Assembly (NCBI GenBank): GCA_903831815.1
Contig: CAIKZC010000001.1
Location: forward strand, 85,037-149,036
Direction of reading: 5' to 3'
DNA from: an uncultured bacterium
GTDB lineage: Bacteria > Patescibacteriota > Minisyncoccia > Phycocordibacterales > UBA11359
DNA length: 64,000 bases
Shown here one piece after another: positions 1 through 9,340 of this stretch. Each line of letters begins with the position of its first letter. The stretch's first letter is position 1. The position numbers and the translations under genes are program-made. The notes below the pieces were generated by a model. That model was not told the DNA's origin. It worked only from the letters and a program-made list of their open reading frames with translations, and made no database searches.

Positions 1-1
1 T

Positions 2-328
2 TCTTCAACAAACGCAGCGACAATCGCTTCAACCACATCAGCGAATTCATCCAATCTAACTGTCACATTTAACGGAAAATCTTTTTCGCCGACTTCTCTA
101 ACTATCAAAAAAGGACAAACGGTAAAATTCGTAAATAACGGTTCGGAAAAAATGTGGGTAGCGTCCAACCCTTTTCCATCTAGCGCAGATTATCCAGCTT
201 TCAATGAAAAATCAGGCGCAGACGTCGGCTCGTCATGGAGTTTTACTTTTGACAAAACAGGAGTTTGGTTCTACCACAATCACTATCATCCGGCTCAAGG
301 TGCAAAAATCGTTGTGAACGCCAAGTAA
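2..328 (+). CDS. Cupredoxin-like domain protein, C-terminal fragment; the 5-prime end lies outside the window
   Basis: Open frame from the window edge to TAA at 326-328, with no start codon in the window. Translation ...GQTVKFVNNGSEKMWVASNPFP...GVWFYHNHYHPAQGAKIVVNAK resembles a cupredoxin-type beta sandwich. Confidence 0.4.
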   Translation, partial: SSTNAATIASTTSANSSNLTVTFNGKSFSPTSLTIKKGQTVKFVNNGSEKMWVASNPFPSSADYPAFNEKSGADVGSSWSFTFDKTGVWFYHNHYHPAQGAKIVVNAK

Positions 329-343
329 GAGTGCTAGCATAGG

Positions 344-2524
344 ATGATGGATCTCTCTTCATCGATCGAAAAAATACACCGCCTCGCACCGGAGCAAAAA
401 ACGGCGCTCAGTAAACTTGGTTTAGTGACTGTTCGCGATTTGCTTTTTCACTTCCCTGTTCGTTATGGTAATAGCGCCGAAGTCACCTACATCAGCAGTA
501 TTACCGAAGGTGCTGACGTCACGATATATGGTACGGTCAAGAAAATAAAAACCGGTAAAGCTTGGAAAAAGAAAACGCCGCTTTCAACTGCGACTATCGA
601 AGACAGCACCGGCAAAATAAATGCCACGTGGTTTCATCAGCCGTACATCGCCAAAATAATTCAGGATGGCATGATGGTCAAAGTTCATGGCAAAGCTAAA
701 AAATATAAGGATTCGTGGAGTTTTATCAATCCGGAAATTGAACCTGTACGTGATGTGCCGATTGCGGTCGGTGATAATCTATTTGCGGAAAATGGCGAGG
801 GAGAAATTGGTATGTCCGAGCCGGTCTATCGGGAGAGCAGTGGCATTTCATCGCGCTGGTTTCATCACATCATTCAGAAAATCATCGGCAGCGGTTTGGT
901 GGAAAAAATTCCAGATATGATTCCGACGGAAATTTTGGAGCAATATCACTTGCCTTCCCTTGCCACCGCGCTCGTGTGGATTCATTTACCCAAAACTAAA
1001 AATGACGCACTAGCGGCACGTAAACGTTTTGCTTTTCAAGAAGTTTTTCTGATCCAGATTTTGAATGAGCAAGAACGCCAGAAAAATATGGCTACTAAAG
1101 GATTAGTGATTGAGAAAAGCGCCGAGGATTTGGAAAAATTTACTCAACATTTTCCATTTACCGAAACAGCCGCACAAAAACGCGCGATTGCGCAGATTTT
1201 AAAAGATTTCACTTCCGGTTATCCGATGTCGCGATTACTCGAAGGTGATGTCGGATCCGGTAAGACAGCGGTGGCAGCCACAACGGCGTATGCGGCTGTG
1301 ACCACGAGACCGAAAGGCCAAAATTTCGGCACTTTGCAGATCGCTTATATGGCCCCGACCGAAATTTTGGCCAAACAACATTTTGATTCATTCATAAAAT
1401 ATTTCTCGCATTTTCCGCTTTCTATCGCACTCATTACCGGTAGTGGTTACAAAAAATTTCCGTCAAAAGTAGCTTCAAATTTCAATACCGGCAACGGCTC
1501 AACAAATATTTCTCGCGCACAACTTTTAAAATGGGTCGCCAACGGCGAGATTTCCATAGTCATCGGCACACATTCGCTGATTCAAAAAAGTGTGAAGTTT
1601 AAAAATCTTGCCTATGTAATCATTGATGAGCAGCATCGATTTGGTACCAAGCAACGCAAAAATTTACGACGCAAAGATGATGAAGTTGTGCCACATTTGC
1701 TTTCCATGACTGCCACCCCTATTCCCCGCACTTTGGCACTGACGATTTTTGGAAATTTGGATCTGACTTTGCTTGATGAGATGCCGGCCGGCCGAAAACC
1801 GATTATCACCAAGGTTATCACGCCGAGTGAGCGCAACGCGACGTACCAAGCTGTCCGCAAAGAATTGCAGGCCGGCCGGCAAGCTTACATCATTTGCCCA
1901 CGCATCAACGAACCTGATCCGGACAAAGAAATGTCCGTTATTGCCAAATCAGTTAAAGCCGAAGCTGAACGTTTGCAAAAATCCGTTTTTCCGGAATTCG
2001 ATATCGATATTTTGCACAGCAAAATGTCACCGGCCGCCAAAGAAAAAACCATGCAAGCTTTTGAAAAACATGAGACCGATATTCTTGTGGCCACATCCGT
2101 TGTGGAAGTCGGCGTCAACGTACCAAACGCAACCGTGATTATTATCGAAGGCGCCGAACGTTTTGGATTAGCCCAACTTCATCAACTGCGCGGTCGCGTC
2201 ATTCGCAGCAACCATCAAGCTTATTGTTATGTTTTCGCCGAAAGTGCCGGAGACAAAACGGTCGAGAGACTTCGCGCGCTTGTCACCGCCAAAAATGGTT
2301 TTGAATTGGCTGAGTTTGATTTGCAACAACGTGGCACCGGTGACTTGATGGGTCGCAAACAATGGGGCATCTCCGACTTGGCCATGGAAGCCATGAAAAA
2401 TCTCAAGATGGTTGAAGCAGCTCGAATCGAGGCACAGAAAATTGTCACTGCCGATTTAACTCTCGCCAATTATCCAACCTTGAACGCTGCGCTCACTTCT
2501 CGCGAAGTTGTCCATTTCGAGTAA
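344..2524 (+). CDS. recG: ATP-dependent DNA helicase RecG
   Basis: 726 aa. It has an N-terminal wedge/OB region, Walker A GDVGSGKT, DEQHRFG (DExH) and helicase C motifs (QLRGRV), which is the RecG architecture. Confidence 0.88.
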   Translation: MMDLSSSIEKIHRLAPEQKTALSKLGLVTVRDLLFHFPVRYGNSAEVTYISSITEGADVTIYGTVKKIKTGKAWKKKTPLSTATIEDSTGKINATWFHQPYIAKIIQDGMMVKVHGKAKKYKDSWSFINPEIEPVRDVPIAVGDNLFAENGEGEIGMSEPVYRESSGISSRWFHHIIQKIIGSGLVEKIPDMIPTEILEQYHLPSLATALVWIHLPKTKNDALAARKRFAFQEVFLIQILNEQERQKNMATKGLVIEKSAEDLEKFTQHFPFTETAAQKRAIAQILKDFTSGYPMSRLLEGDVGSGKTAVAATTAYAAVTTRPKGQNFGTLQIAYMAPTEILAKQHFDSFIKYFSHFPLSIALITGSGYKKFPSKVASNFNTGNGSTNISRAQLLKWVANGEISIVIGTHSLIQKSVKFKNLAYVIIDEQHRFGTKQRKNLRRKDDEVVPHLLSMTATPIPRTLALTIFGNLDLTLLDEMPAGRKPIITKVITPSERNATYQAVRKELQAGRQAYIICPRINEPDPDKEMSVIAKSVKAEAERLQKSVFPEFDIDILHSKMSPAAKEKTMQAFEKHETDILVATSVVEVGVNVPNATVIIIEGAERFGLAQLHQLRGRVIRSNHQAYCYVFAESAGDKTVERLRALVTAKNGFELAEFDLQQRGTGDLMGRKQWGISDLAMEAMKNLKMVEAARIEAQKIVTADLTLANYPTLNAALTSREVVHFE

Positions 2525-2573
2525 TCAAACCAGCATTGAAGTCACCGTCGTTTTAAGCTAGTATGAGTAAATT

Positions 2574-2647
2574 CCACCCTTAGCTCAGTTGGTTAGAGCA
2601 TCGAGCTTATACCTCGAGGGTCCTAGGTTCGAGTCCTAGAGGGTGGA
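2574..2647 (+). tRNA. tRNA with anticodon TAT (reads AUA), putatively tRNA-Ile(UAU); no CCA encoded
   Basis: Manual cloverleaf fold. Acceptor CCACCCT/AGGGTGG has 7 perfect pairs. D arm GCTC-AGTTGGTTA-GAGC. Anticodon stem TCGAG/CTCGA with loop CTTATAC. V loop GGGTC. T arm CTAGG-TTCGAGT-CCTAG. Discriminator A. Confidence 0.7.
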
Positions 2648-2651
2648 CAAC

Positions 2652-2680
2652 AAAAAAAACCGCGCTTGGCGGTTTTTTTG
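2652..2680. terminator. Bidirectional intrinsic terminator between the tRNA and ftsH
   Basis: aaaaaaaACCGCgcttgGCGGTttttttt: a GC stem flanked by an A-run and a T-run. Confidence 0.7.
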
Positions 2681-2688
2681 GTTTTAAT

Positions 2689-4605
2689 TTATACCTGGCT
2701 CACAAAATCCACTTTCTTTTTTGGGGTAACACCATTGGCAACAAGAATGCTTTCGAATTCGGCACGTTCGATTGTTTCTTTTTCAATCAATCGTTTCGCG
2801 ATCGCATCGAGAAGTTGTCTGTGTTTTTCGATTACACCTTCAGCTTTTTTGTAAGCTTCTTTCATAATGAGCGAAACTTCGGCGTCAATTTCACCGGAAA
2901 CTTTTTCTGAATATTCGCCATCTTCAATACCGGCACCAAACATCGTTCGACCGCCGGCACTTTCAAGTGCAAGAGCACCCAACTTGTCGGACATACCGTA
3001 CTTTGTCACCATATCTCGAGCTAATCCAGTAGAAACTTGAAGATCGTTTGACGGACCAGTCGTCACATCATCAAAAATTATTTTTTCAGTCACGAAACCA
3101 GAAAGAGCGACAGCGATATCATCCAAAAATTCTTTTTTGCTCTGCATTTTGCGATCTTCGAGTGGCAAATGCAAAGTGTAACCGGCTGCGCGTCCTCGTG
3201 AAATGATCGAGACTTTGTGGACAGGATCGGCATACGGCAAAACTGAAGCGACGAGCGCGTGTCCGGCTTCATGGAAAGCAGTTAACTCTTTTTCTCGCAC
3301 GGAAAGCAAATGACTTTTTCTCTCCGGTCCCATCATCACTTTTTCGATGGAACGCACGAGGTCAAATTGCGCAACTTTCAAACGATTTTCGCGAGCGGCC
3401 AAAATCGCCGCTTCGTTCATAAGTGAATAGAGATCGGCGCCGGAAAATCCCGGGGTTCTTTCGGCAATGACCATCAAATTTACATCCTCGGCAAATGGTT
3501 TTTTGCGAGCATGAATTTCCAAAATAGCTTCACGGTCGTGGCGGTCAGGCAGATCGATTGTGACACGTCGGTCAAAACGGCCTGGGCGGAGTAAGGCAGG
3601 ATCGAGCACATCCGGTCGGTTAGTTGCGGCCATAACAATCACTTTTTCGTTCGGCTCAAATCCATCCATCTCAACGAGAATTTGGTTCAAAGTTTGTTCA
3701 CGCTCGTCGTTACCACCACCGACACCGGTGCCGCGCACGCGCCCCACGGCGTCGATCTCGTCCACGAAAATAATCGCGGGCGCGGCGGCTTTAGCCATTT
3801 TAAATAAATCACGCACACGGCTTGCTCCAACACCAACAAACATTTCCACAAATTCCGAACCGGAAATTGAGAAGAAAGAAACACCGGCCTCCCCCGCTAC
3901 CGCACGAGCCAGCAAGGTCTTGCCAGTACCCGGCGCGCCCATCAGTATAATTCCTTTCGGTATCCGCGCGCCTATATCCAAAAACTTTTTCGGATTTTTC
4001 AAAAAGTCCACAATTTCACTCAGCTCTTCCTTAGCTTCCTTCGCTCCGGCAATATCTTTGAAAGTGACTTGCTGTTTCTTGTCGTGAGGCAATGTGATGC
4101 GCGCTTTGGATTGACCAAAAGTAAATGCTTGCATGCCCGCACCTTTAACTTGTCGCGTAATGAACCAAATAAATATGGCAATAAAAACAATCGGAATAAT
4201 AAACGGCGCAAGGTTTATGAGCCAATACATAAAACCGCTTTGGGATTGGATATTGATTTGCACTCCGGCCAATTTATCTTTCGTGACGCCATAATTAACC
4301 AACGACTCAGTCAGAGCTGTGCCAACTTCTTTTTCAGCTTGTTTCTTATCACCGTTAGTATAAACAATATTTAAAGTGTCATCGGTAACGGTAATGCTTG
4401 TAACTTTGCCGGCCGTGACATCACTGGCCAATTGCGAGATCGGAATATTCGGAACTTGATTGGTACTGCCAACAATTGAAGAATAGATAATTATTAAAAT
4501 TATAAAAATAGACAAACTGGTAATAAGGTTACGCCAAAACGACGACTTATTATCTTTTCCCTTCTTTTTGTTGCCTTTATTTTTTTGTTGTGAATTTGGA
4601 TTCAT
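2689..4605 (-). CDS. ftsH: ATP-dependent zinc metalloprotease FtsH
   Basis: 638 aa. N-terminal TM segments, AAA+ Walker A GAPGTGKT, second region of homology, and HEAGHA zinc-binding motif. Confidence 0.9.
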   Translation of the reverse strand: MNPNSQQKNKGNKKKGKDNKSSFWRNLITSLSIFIILIIIYSSIVGSTNQVPNIPISQLASDVTAGKVTSITVTDDTLNIVYTNGDKKQAEKEVGTALTESLVNYGVTKDKLAGVQINIQSQSGFMYWLINLAPFIIPIVFIAIFIWFITRQVKGAGMQAFTFGQSKARITLPHDKKQQVTFKDIAGAKEAKEELSEIVDFLKNPKKFLDIGARIPKGIILMGAPGTGKTLLARAVAGEAGVSFFSISGSEFVEMFVGVGASRVRDLFKMAKAAAPAIIFVDEIDAVGRVRGTGVGGGNDEREQTLNQILVEMDGFEPNEKVIVMAATNRPDVLDPALLRPGRFDRRVTIDLPDRHDREAILEIHARKKPFAEDVNLMVIAERTPGFSGADLYSLMNEAAILAARENRLKVAQFDLVRSIEKVMMGPERKSHLLSVREKELTAFHEAGHALVASVLPYADPVHKVSIISRGRAAGYTLHLPLEDRKMQSKKEFLDDIAVALSGFVTEKIIFDDVTTGPSNDLQVSTGLARDMVTKYGMSDKLGALALESAGGRTMFGAGIEDGEYSEKVSGEIDAEVSLIMKEAYKKAEGVIEKHRQLLDAIAKRLIEKETIERAEFESILVANGVTPKKKVDFVSQV

Positions 4606-4707
4606 ATTATTTATATTATATCACAATGACACATCTCTCTATTAAGACAGACGCCGTAGGAAAAGCAAGTTTCTGACAAAAATATTCCTGACAAATAAAA
4701 ACGTGAA

Positions 4708-5033
4708 GCCCCCGACAAACCATAGGTTTGTCGGGGGCGCTCTGTGTCACTGTCTCAACGGATCGGCCCAGTCACGAACGATACCGCCGTAACCAGACTC
4801 ATCTTGTTCATCTTCATCTGGCCCGGACAACACCCGGGCTTCATGCTGATGAGCTCGAGACTCGTCGGAGGCATCCATCACCTGATCGGACGGATTTTGA
4901 TTTTCCGGTCCCATAGTCATGACTCCATTCTTTGACAAGACCTCTGGCAGAGCTGCCGGGAACATCCCGTAAACAGCTGACTTATCTGGCTACTATTATA
5001 CACCCCCTTGGACTATTTGTCAAGCGTCAAAAA
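4708..5033 (-). ncRNA. Orphan transcription unit: consensus sigma70 promoter, about 260 nt of GC-rich RNA (contains a 72-aa acidic ORF 4747..4965 lacking an SD), and a terminator hairpin
   Basis: Minus-strand TTGACA (5023..5018), 17-nt spacer, TATAAT (5000..4995). Terminator GCCCCCGACAAACC-tat-GGTTTGTCGGGGGC at 4708-4738. The region is far more GC-rich than its surroundings. Confidence 0.4.
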
Positions 5034-5070
5034 ACTCTCAAAAAATCCCCTATTCTGCTATGATTATGCC

Positions 5071-5517
5071 ATGGCCATATTGTTGGAAAACAAAAAAGCC
5101 CATTTCAACTACGAGATTCTCGAGCGTTTTCAAGCTGGAATTGAAGTTGTGGGACATGAAGTGAAAGCTTTGCGCCATAATCTCGGCTCTCTTGAAGGGG
5201 CCTATATAACGATACGAGGCGGCGAGGCGTATATCATGAATATGTTAATTTCGCCATATCAGGTAAATAACACCGACCCTACCTACGAGCCCCGCCGCAA
5301 TCGCCGCCTCCTCCTCACCAAAAAAGAAATAAAAAAACTTGAAGAAACCGAGCACCAAGCAGGTTTGACAATAGTGCCTATTTCGGTGTATAATAATAAA
5401 CGGTGGATTAAGATGGAAATTGCGATTGTCCGAGGCAAGAAACAATTCGACAAACGCGAGGTCATCAAAAAGCGCGAAACAGATCGCGAAATCCGCCGCG
5501 AATTTAAAGATCGTTGA
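5071..5517 (+). CDS. smpB: SsrA-binding protein SmpB (start 5071 preferred; the longer ORF starts at 5008)
   Basis: MAILLENKKAHFNYEILERFQAGIEVVGHEVKALR... matches the SmpB N-terminus. It lies immediately upstream of the tmRNA. Confidence 0.85.
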   Translation: MAILLENKKAHFNYEILERFQAGIEVVGHEVKALRHNLGSLEGAYITIRGGEAYIMNMLISPYQVNNTDPTYEPRRNRRLLLTKKEIKKLEETEHQAGLTIVPISVYNNKRWIKMEIAIVRGKKQFDKREVIKKRETDREIRREFKDR

Positions 5518-5547
5518 AAATCGAAAAGTAGATAAGCATTTTAATAC

Positions 5548-5959
5548 GGGGATGATCGGCCTAGACAACTGATTCCCTTCTTGATGTGCGCTATAAGGGT
5601 CCTTGATACCTTCCAATCACCATGGAAATCTAAGTGCTAAAACCTTAGTTGCAAGCGCAAAGTCAACCTTATCTCCATATTTTGGAGCTAAAGACTTCGC
5701 GTTCGCCTACGTTTCTTAACCTAGGCGACGTCTCTCATCCTAATGTTTGGTCAGGATGAAGGGGTGTAATAAATCCAAACTGGAACTTGCGGTTTCTCGG
5801 CGCAAGTTTAAGAACAAGAGGATCGGCGGTGCATGATTTTGTTGGTTTAACCCATGCATTGCCTAAACGCCCACCTACCGGCGGGCACTAAAATCTTCTA
5901 CATAGCGTAGAAACATCAGAAGCATCTTTTGCACGGCGGTTCGATTCCGCCCATCTCCA
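5548..5959 (+). ncRNA. ssrA: Transfer-messenger RNA (tmRNA, ssrA)
   Basis: 5-prime GGGGATG pairs with 3-prime CATCTCC, including the G3-U alanine-identity pair. tRNA-like T arm GGCGG-TTCGATT-CCGCC, discriminator A, no CCA encoded. Length 412 nt, adjacent to smpB. Candidate tag frame ...AKDFAFAYVS ends at TAA 5717-5719 (tentative). Confidence 0.85.
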
Positions 5960-6139
5960 CAGACAAAATAAAAACTGCCCGCTAGGGTGGTTTTTATTTT
6001 GTCTGTAATTGATGATTGCCGGAATCGAAAGCCGGACCGAAGCTGCGATGTGAGCGAAGCGAACCGCAGCGAGGGAGGCGGGGTCGCGCAAAAATTGCGT
6101 AGCAATTTTATGTGTGACCGATGGAGCCTGCCTCCATCA
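5960..6139 (+). repeat. Element A copy 1: AT-rich 15-bp-stem hairpin (5960-6005) plus a 115-nt GC-rich conserved core (6021-6139)
   Basis: About 90% identical to 7345-7517. Several internal hairpins (GCTGCG...CGCAGC; CGCAA-aaa-TTGCG; GATGGAG-n5-CTCCATC). The core begins with GGAATCGAA, part of an inverted copy of the tmRNA T-loop/acceptor. Confidence 0.6.
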
Positions 6140-6214
6140 CTATAAAAGAAAGCGTCACAAAAGTACGCTTTCTTTCTTTTCGACTCATATACATAATTCG
6201 TATATAATAATCAT

Positions 6215-7204
6215 ATGAATATTGAATCAGCACCACAACCCGACAATCCCCAACAAGAAGAGAAAGTTGATCAAGAGAAGAAGTTCTATGAAGCATACCT
6301 AGACTATTTACAAAAATACAAAGCAGAAGCACTAGAAGCCCTCATTGAAATACATAAATATAATCCAAAATATATTTTTCTCACCGAAACCTCAAGCATA
6401 GGGTCTGGTTACGTGATGAAGTCTGGTCTAAAAGCTGCGTACCCAGATACCGAACAGCCAGAGTTTTACAGAGTTAACCCAAGGGATATATTAAAAGTAA
6501 TGTTAATCGGGCAAACCCGATTACTTGGGCAAAATATTGAAGGAATAAGAAAAATTCACCCAACACATATTCCTCGTATAAAGAAAGATGTTAATGATTA
6601 CTTGCGTAATGCTGGAGGATATGACGAGAAATTATTTGAATCAAAGCGACAGGAACTGGAAACATTTTTCAGAAGCAGAATTAAAGATACTTCGGCAAAA
6701 ATTCTTGTTTTCGACTCAGACTGGTCTACAGGGAAAAGTCCGGGAAGTATTGTTTCCCTATTAAAAAACCCTGAACATTACGGTTTTAGTGCTGATATAA
6801 AATGTGAAAACGTGAAAATGAACTTGCCCGAAGTGCCAACTGCACATTGGAATCGATTAAAAACAGCTGATCTTGTTTATGGCGGCAAAGTTCAGTTGGA
6901 TTTAAATCTGGGACCAGAAGATATAATCGGTATTCCGGCAGTTATAGCGCCGCTATCCGGCGTAAGTAATAATATTCCAATAACAGCAAAAAACAAAGAA
7001 TTTACAGGAGCTGGAACTAGAAACTTCAGGGCAAAAATTGCTAAGCTAACAACCGACAATATAAAACAAGTTCACTCTCCCGTTCGAGGGACAGTACCTC
7101 TAAATGCACCTCTAATCACTATTAACGCTCTGGAACAATTCGGCATAAAAATCGGAAATGAGATTAGACAAGATTTAGAAAAGGAACAACAAACAACCCC
7201 ATAA
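6215..7204 (+). CDS. Hypothetical protein (329 aa) flanked by the two copies of element A
   Basis: Long ORF with a TTCGAC-16-TATATAAT promoter-like sequence upstream. No recognisable motifs. Confidence 0.45.
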   Translation: MNIESAPQPDNPQQEEKVDQEKKFYEAYLDYLQKYKAEALEALIEIHKYNPKYIFLTETSSIGSGYVMKSGLKAAYPDTEQPEFYRVNPRDILKVMLIGQTRLLGQNIEGIRKIHPTHIPRIKKDVNDYLRNAGGYDEKLFESKRQELETFFRSRIKDTSAKILVFDSDWSTGKSPGSIVSLLKNPEHYGFSADIKCENVKMNLPEVPTAHWNRLKTADLVYGGKVQLDLNLGPEDIIGIPAVIAPLSGVSNNIPITAKNKEFTGAGTRNFRAKIAKLTTDNIKQVHSPVRGTVPLNAPLITINALEQFGIKIGNEIRQDLEKEQQTTP

Positions 7205-7344
7205 CAAGCTATTCAATTCCTTCTTGTGACTTCTATGATGAAATCTGCCTAAACAAAGTTTTTTAAACCCGAGCTCCACAATCGCCTCCGCCGCTTCAAA
7301 AACCCAAGAATGTAGTTGGTTCCAACTTTGATGCACTGTGTCCA

Positions 7345-7517
7345 CAGACAAATAAAAAACTGCCTCTTAGGTAGTTTTTTATTTGTCTGAAAAAGATGGG
7401 CGGAATCGAAAGCCGGACCGAAGCTGCGATGTGAGCGAAGCGAACCGCAGCGAGGGAGGCGGGGTCGCGCAAAAATTGCGTAGCAATTTTATGCGTGACC
7501 GATGGAGCCCATCTCCA
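7345..7517 (+). repeat. Element A copy 2 (hairpin 7345-7389; GC core 7402-7517)
   Basis: Direct repeat of 5960-6139. 7393-7409 (AGATGGGCGGAATCGAA) is a 17-nt exact reverse complement of the tmRNA 3-prime end (TTCGATTCCGCCCATCT). The copy ends GCCCATCTCCA. Confidence 0.6.
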
Positions 7518-7530
7518 TACAACGCATCCA

Positions 7531-7559
7531 TTGACTATTATACACACTTATGATACTAT
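7531..7559 (+). promoter_or_regulatory. Sigma70-like promoter of cassette gene 1 (TTGACT-17-TACTAT)
   Basis: Same architecture as the promoters at 7997, 8615, 9255 and 9770. Confidence 0.55.
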
Positions 7560-7611
7560 ATTGATGGTGCATTTTCAGAAACCATGTTCATTTATCATGT
7601 AGGAGTAAACC

Positions 7612-7884
7612 ATGAAAGATCTTTTTGCTGAACTGGGCAAGAGATTGCCCAGTGGCATTAATAGTCCCGGTGAATTGGATTTGGCTTTCAGTTGTCTCGC
7701 TTCTTTGCTTCCTGAAGGACCGCTCATGCTTTCGGATCCGGCAGTCTCTATTATATGCGATGCCTTCGAGAAGTTGGGGAAAGCAAAAGAACTTGACATG
7801 GCGGCCGTGACTCAATTGGCCACCAATATCTGCATCCTTTGGGATCTAAGTCTGAAAGCCAAGGCTCAACGGGGACAAAGGTAA
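7612..7884 (+). CDS. Hypothetical small protein (90 aa), cassette 1
   Basis: AGGAGT RBS 8 nt upstream of ATG. Its own promoter and terminator. GC higher than the genome background. Confidence 0.5.
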   Translation: MKDLFAELGKRLPSGINSPGELDLAFSCLASLLPEGPLMLSDPAVSIICDAFEKLGKAKELDMAAVTQLATNICILWDLSLKAKAQRGQR

Positions 7885-7901
7885 ACGCAAACCCGCAGGA
7901 G

Positions 7902-7990
7902 AAGCCGCAAGCTTCCCTGCGGCTTTCTCCTTTCCAAATCACTCAAAACCCTCCAAATTGCGCGGTTCTTAAATCGTTCACTCAACTCCA
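7902..7990 (+). terminator. Terminator hairpin AAGCCGCAagcttcccTGCGGCTT plus a conserved 60-nt downstream module (copy 1 of 2)
   Basis: Near-identical to 8510-8598. Followed by a T-rich tract. Confidence 0.6.
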
Positions 7991-8102
7991 CAACTATTGA
8001 CGAATATTTATAATTATGCTATGATTTACATAGCATTATTTGGTTAACATCGTGTTGATCAAATAAAAAACAGTAAGTTCTATCAAAAAAGGAATCAGAT
8101 CA

Positions 8103-8477
8103 ATGACACAAGTTTATCGAGGAATCGGAAACTCCATCAGTTACCGAGCCGGACTCATGAACGAACTCGCAATGAAGATGGCTGAGCAGGACATCAGAGA
8201 CAAAGAGCTTCGAGGAGAACTTCTCAAACTCGCACCAGCGTTTTTGCACAAATGGCTCTCCGAAGATCTCGTTCTGACAAGCCTGTTCAAGTTTGGCCGG
8301 TATGACACGAAAATAGTCTTCGGCGATATGTACAACTTCAAGAATGTCGCCGACACGAGACAGAAAATCAAAATGCTCGCCGAAGCTTGGGATGGAGTGG
8401 TTCTTATACAGCTCGGCATACCGGATGGCACACCAAAGCCTCACAGGATTCCTATATGCCTCTCGGCAATCATGTAG
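8103..8477 (+). CDS. Hypothetical small protein (124 aa), cassette 2
   Basis: Promoter TTGACG(7997-8002)-17-TATGAT. RBS AAGGAA. Terminator module copy 2 downstream. Confidence 0.5.
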   Translation: MTQVYRGIGNSISYRAGLMNELAMKMAEQDIRDKELRGELLKLAPAFLHKWLSEDLVLTSLFKFGRYDTKIVFGDMYNFKNVADTRQKIKMLAEAWDGVVLIQLGIPDGTPKPHRIPICLSAIM

Positions 8478-8509
8478 GTCCGAGAATTACACGGCAACTA
8501 AGCCGCAGA

Positions 8510-8598
8510 GAAGCCGCAAGCTTCCCTGCGGCTTTTTCTTTTCCAAATCATTCAAGATCCTCCAAATTGTGCGGTTCTTAAATCGATCACTCATCTCC
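8510..8598 (+). terminator. Terminator hairpin plus conserved module (copy 2)
   Basis: AAGCCGCAagcttcccTGCGGCTTTTTC followed by ccaaatcattcaagatcctccaaattgtgcggttcttaaatcg. Confidence 0.6.
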
Positions 8599-8723
8599 AC
8601 CACAAAAATAAAATTTGACGTATCTAATCTATTATTGTAATGTCTATTTTGGATGACGACGTGTGTCGTCACGGTTCCATTTTACGGGTCATAGAGAACC
8701 CCATCCCGAAAGGATAAAATCTC

Positions 8724-9122
8724 ATGTTTCAGAAAGTAAATTTCTTCGTTGATAGTGCGCTTAAGAGAAGAATGTCTGCCAACACGGAAGATGGCCGCTG
8801 TCTCATGACAGAACCCGGAATTTGGGAGATTATGAGACTCATCCCAACACTGTTGGAATTGGGTTATGCCTGGAAACCCTACAATGGTCCACACGATCTA
8901 GGGGTACTTGAAGACCACGATAGCAAAGGGTTTTGCGAGTTCTGCGAGTACGTTAGGAATGCTCGACGTGTTGAAGCAACGATCAGGATGAACGGAAGCG
9001 GGGTAACATATTTCACCGAAGTGAGACTAATCCCCGACAAAAGGTCATCCTCGCAACACGGGTTACTAGCTTTCAGAACCTACCTCGTCGACGGCGCCAC
9101 AGAACTTATGGCTCTCGCATAA
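8724..9122 (+). CDS. Hypothetical small protein (132 aa, Cys-containing), cassette 3
   Basis: Promoter TTGACG(8615-8620)-17-TAATGT. RBS GAAAGGATAA. Terminator AAGCCGCatggttcacccaGCGGCTT at 9162-9195. Confidence 0.5.
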   Translation: MFQKVNFFVDSALKRRMSANTEDGRCLMTEPGIWEIMRLIPTLLELGYAWKPYNGPHDLGVLEDHDSKGFCEFCEYVRNARRVEATIRMNGSGVTYFTEVRLIPDKRSSSQHGLLAFRTYLVDGATELMALA

Positions 9123-9340
9123 CAGCGCCCAACAGACTCTGGTCTACACAGAAGTCAGATGAAGCCGCATGGTTCACCCAGCGGCTTCTTTTTTTAACAA
9201 AAATCAACGTATCTCGCGGCTTTTCCATTGCTTCATTTTTCAAAAAATTAATATTTGACGTCAATGTTGTTATGTGATACTATATTTTTGGCTCAACAGT
9301 TCCAAAACAACACAAACTCAAACAGAAGAAAGGCAAAGTT

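Noticed and set aside
3560-4087. 175-aa plus-strand ORF antisense within ftsH, and similar antisense or nested ORFs in recG, copA, secY, fusA, rpsG and L15.
   Set aside because: Fully contained in strongly supported genes on the other strand, with no independent signals.
4840-4880. CTGATGAG motif reminiscent of a hammerhead ribozyme core.
   Set aside because: No matching GAAA/stem III arrangement follows. Judged a chance occurrence inside the GC-rich transcript.
5875-6105. Minus-strand ORFs inside element A (5875-6105, 5888-6091, 7296-7547) that share peptide RDPASLAAVRFAHIAASVRLSIP.
   Set aside because: The shared peptide is a consequence of the DNA repeat. The region is GC-rich and structured, with no RBS and inconsistent frames between copies, so these are treated as non-coding.
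5953-7518. Direct repeat GCCCATCTCCA at the tmRNA 3-prime end and at 7508-7518 considered as attL/attR of an integrated island.
   Set aside because: The repeat is only 11 nt and embedded in the larger A1/A2 duplication. No integrase lies between. Reported as part of the element A observation, not as a confirmed integrative element.
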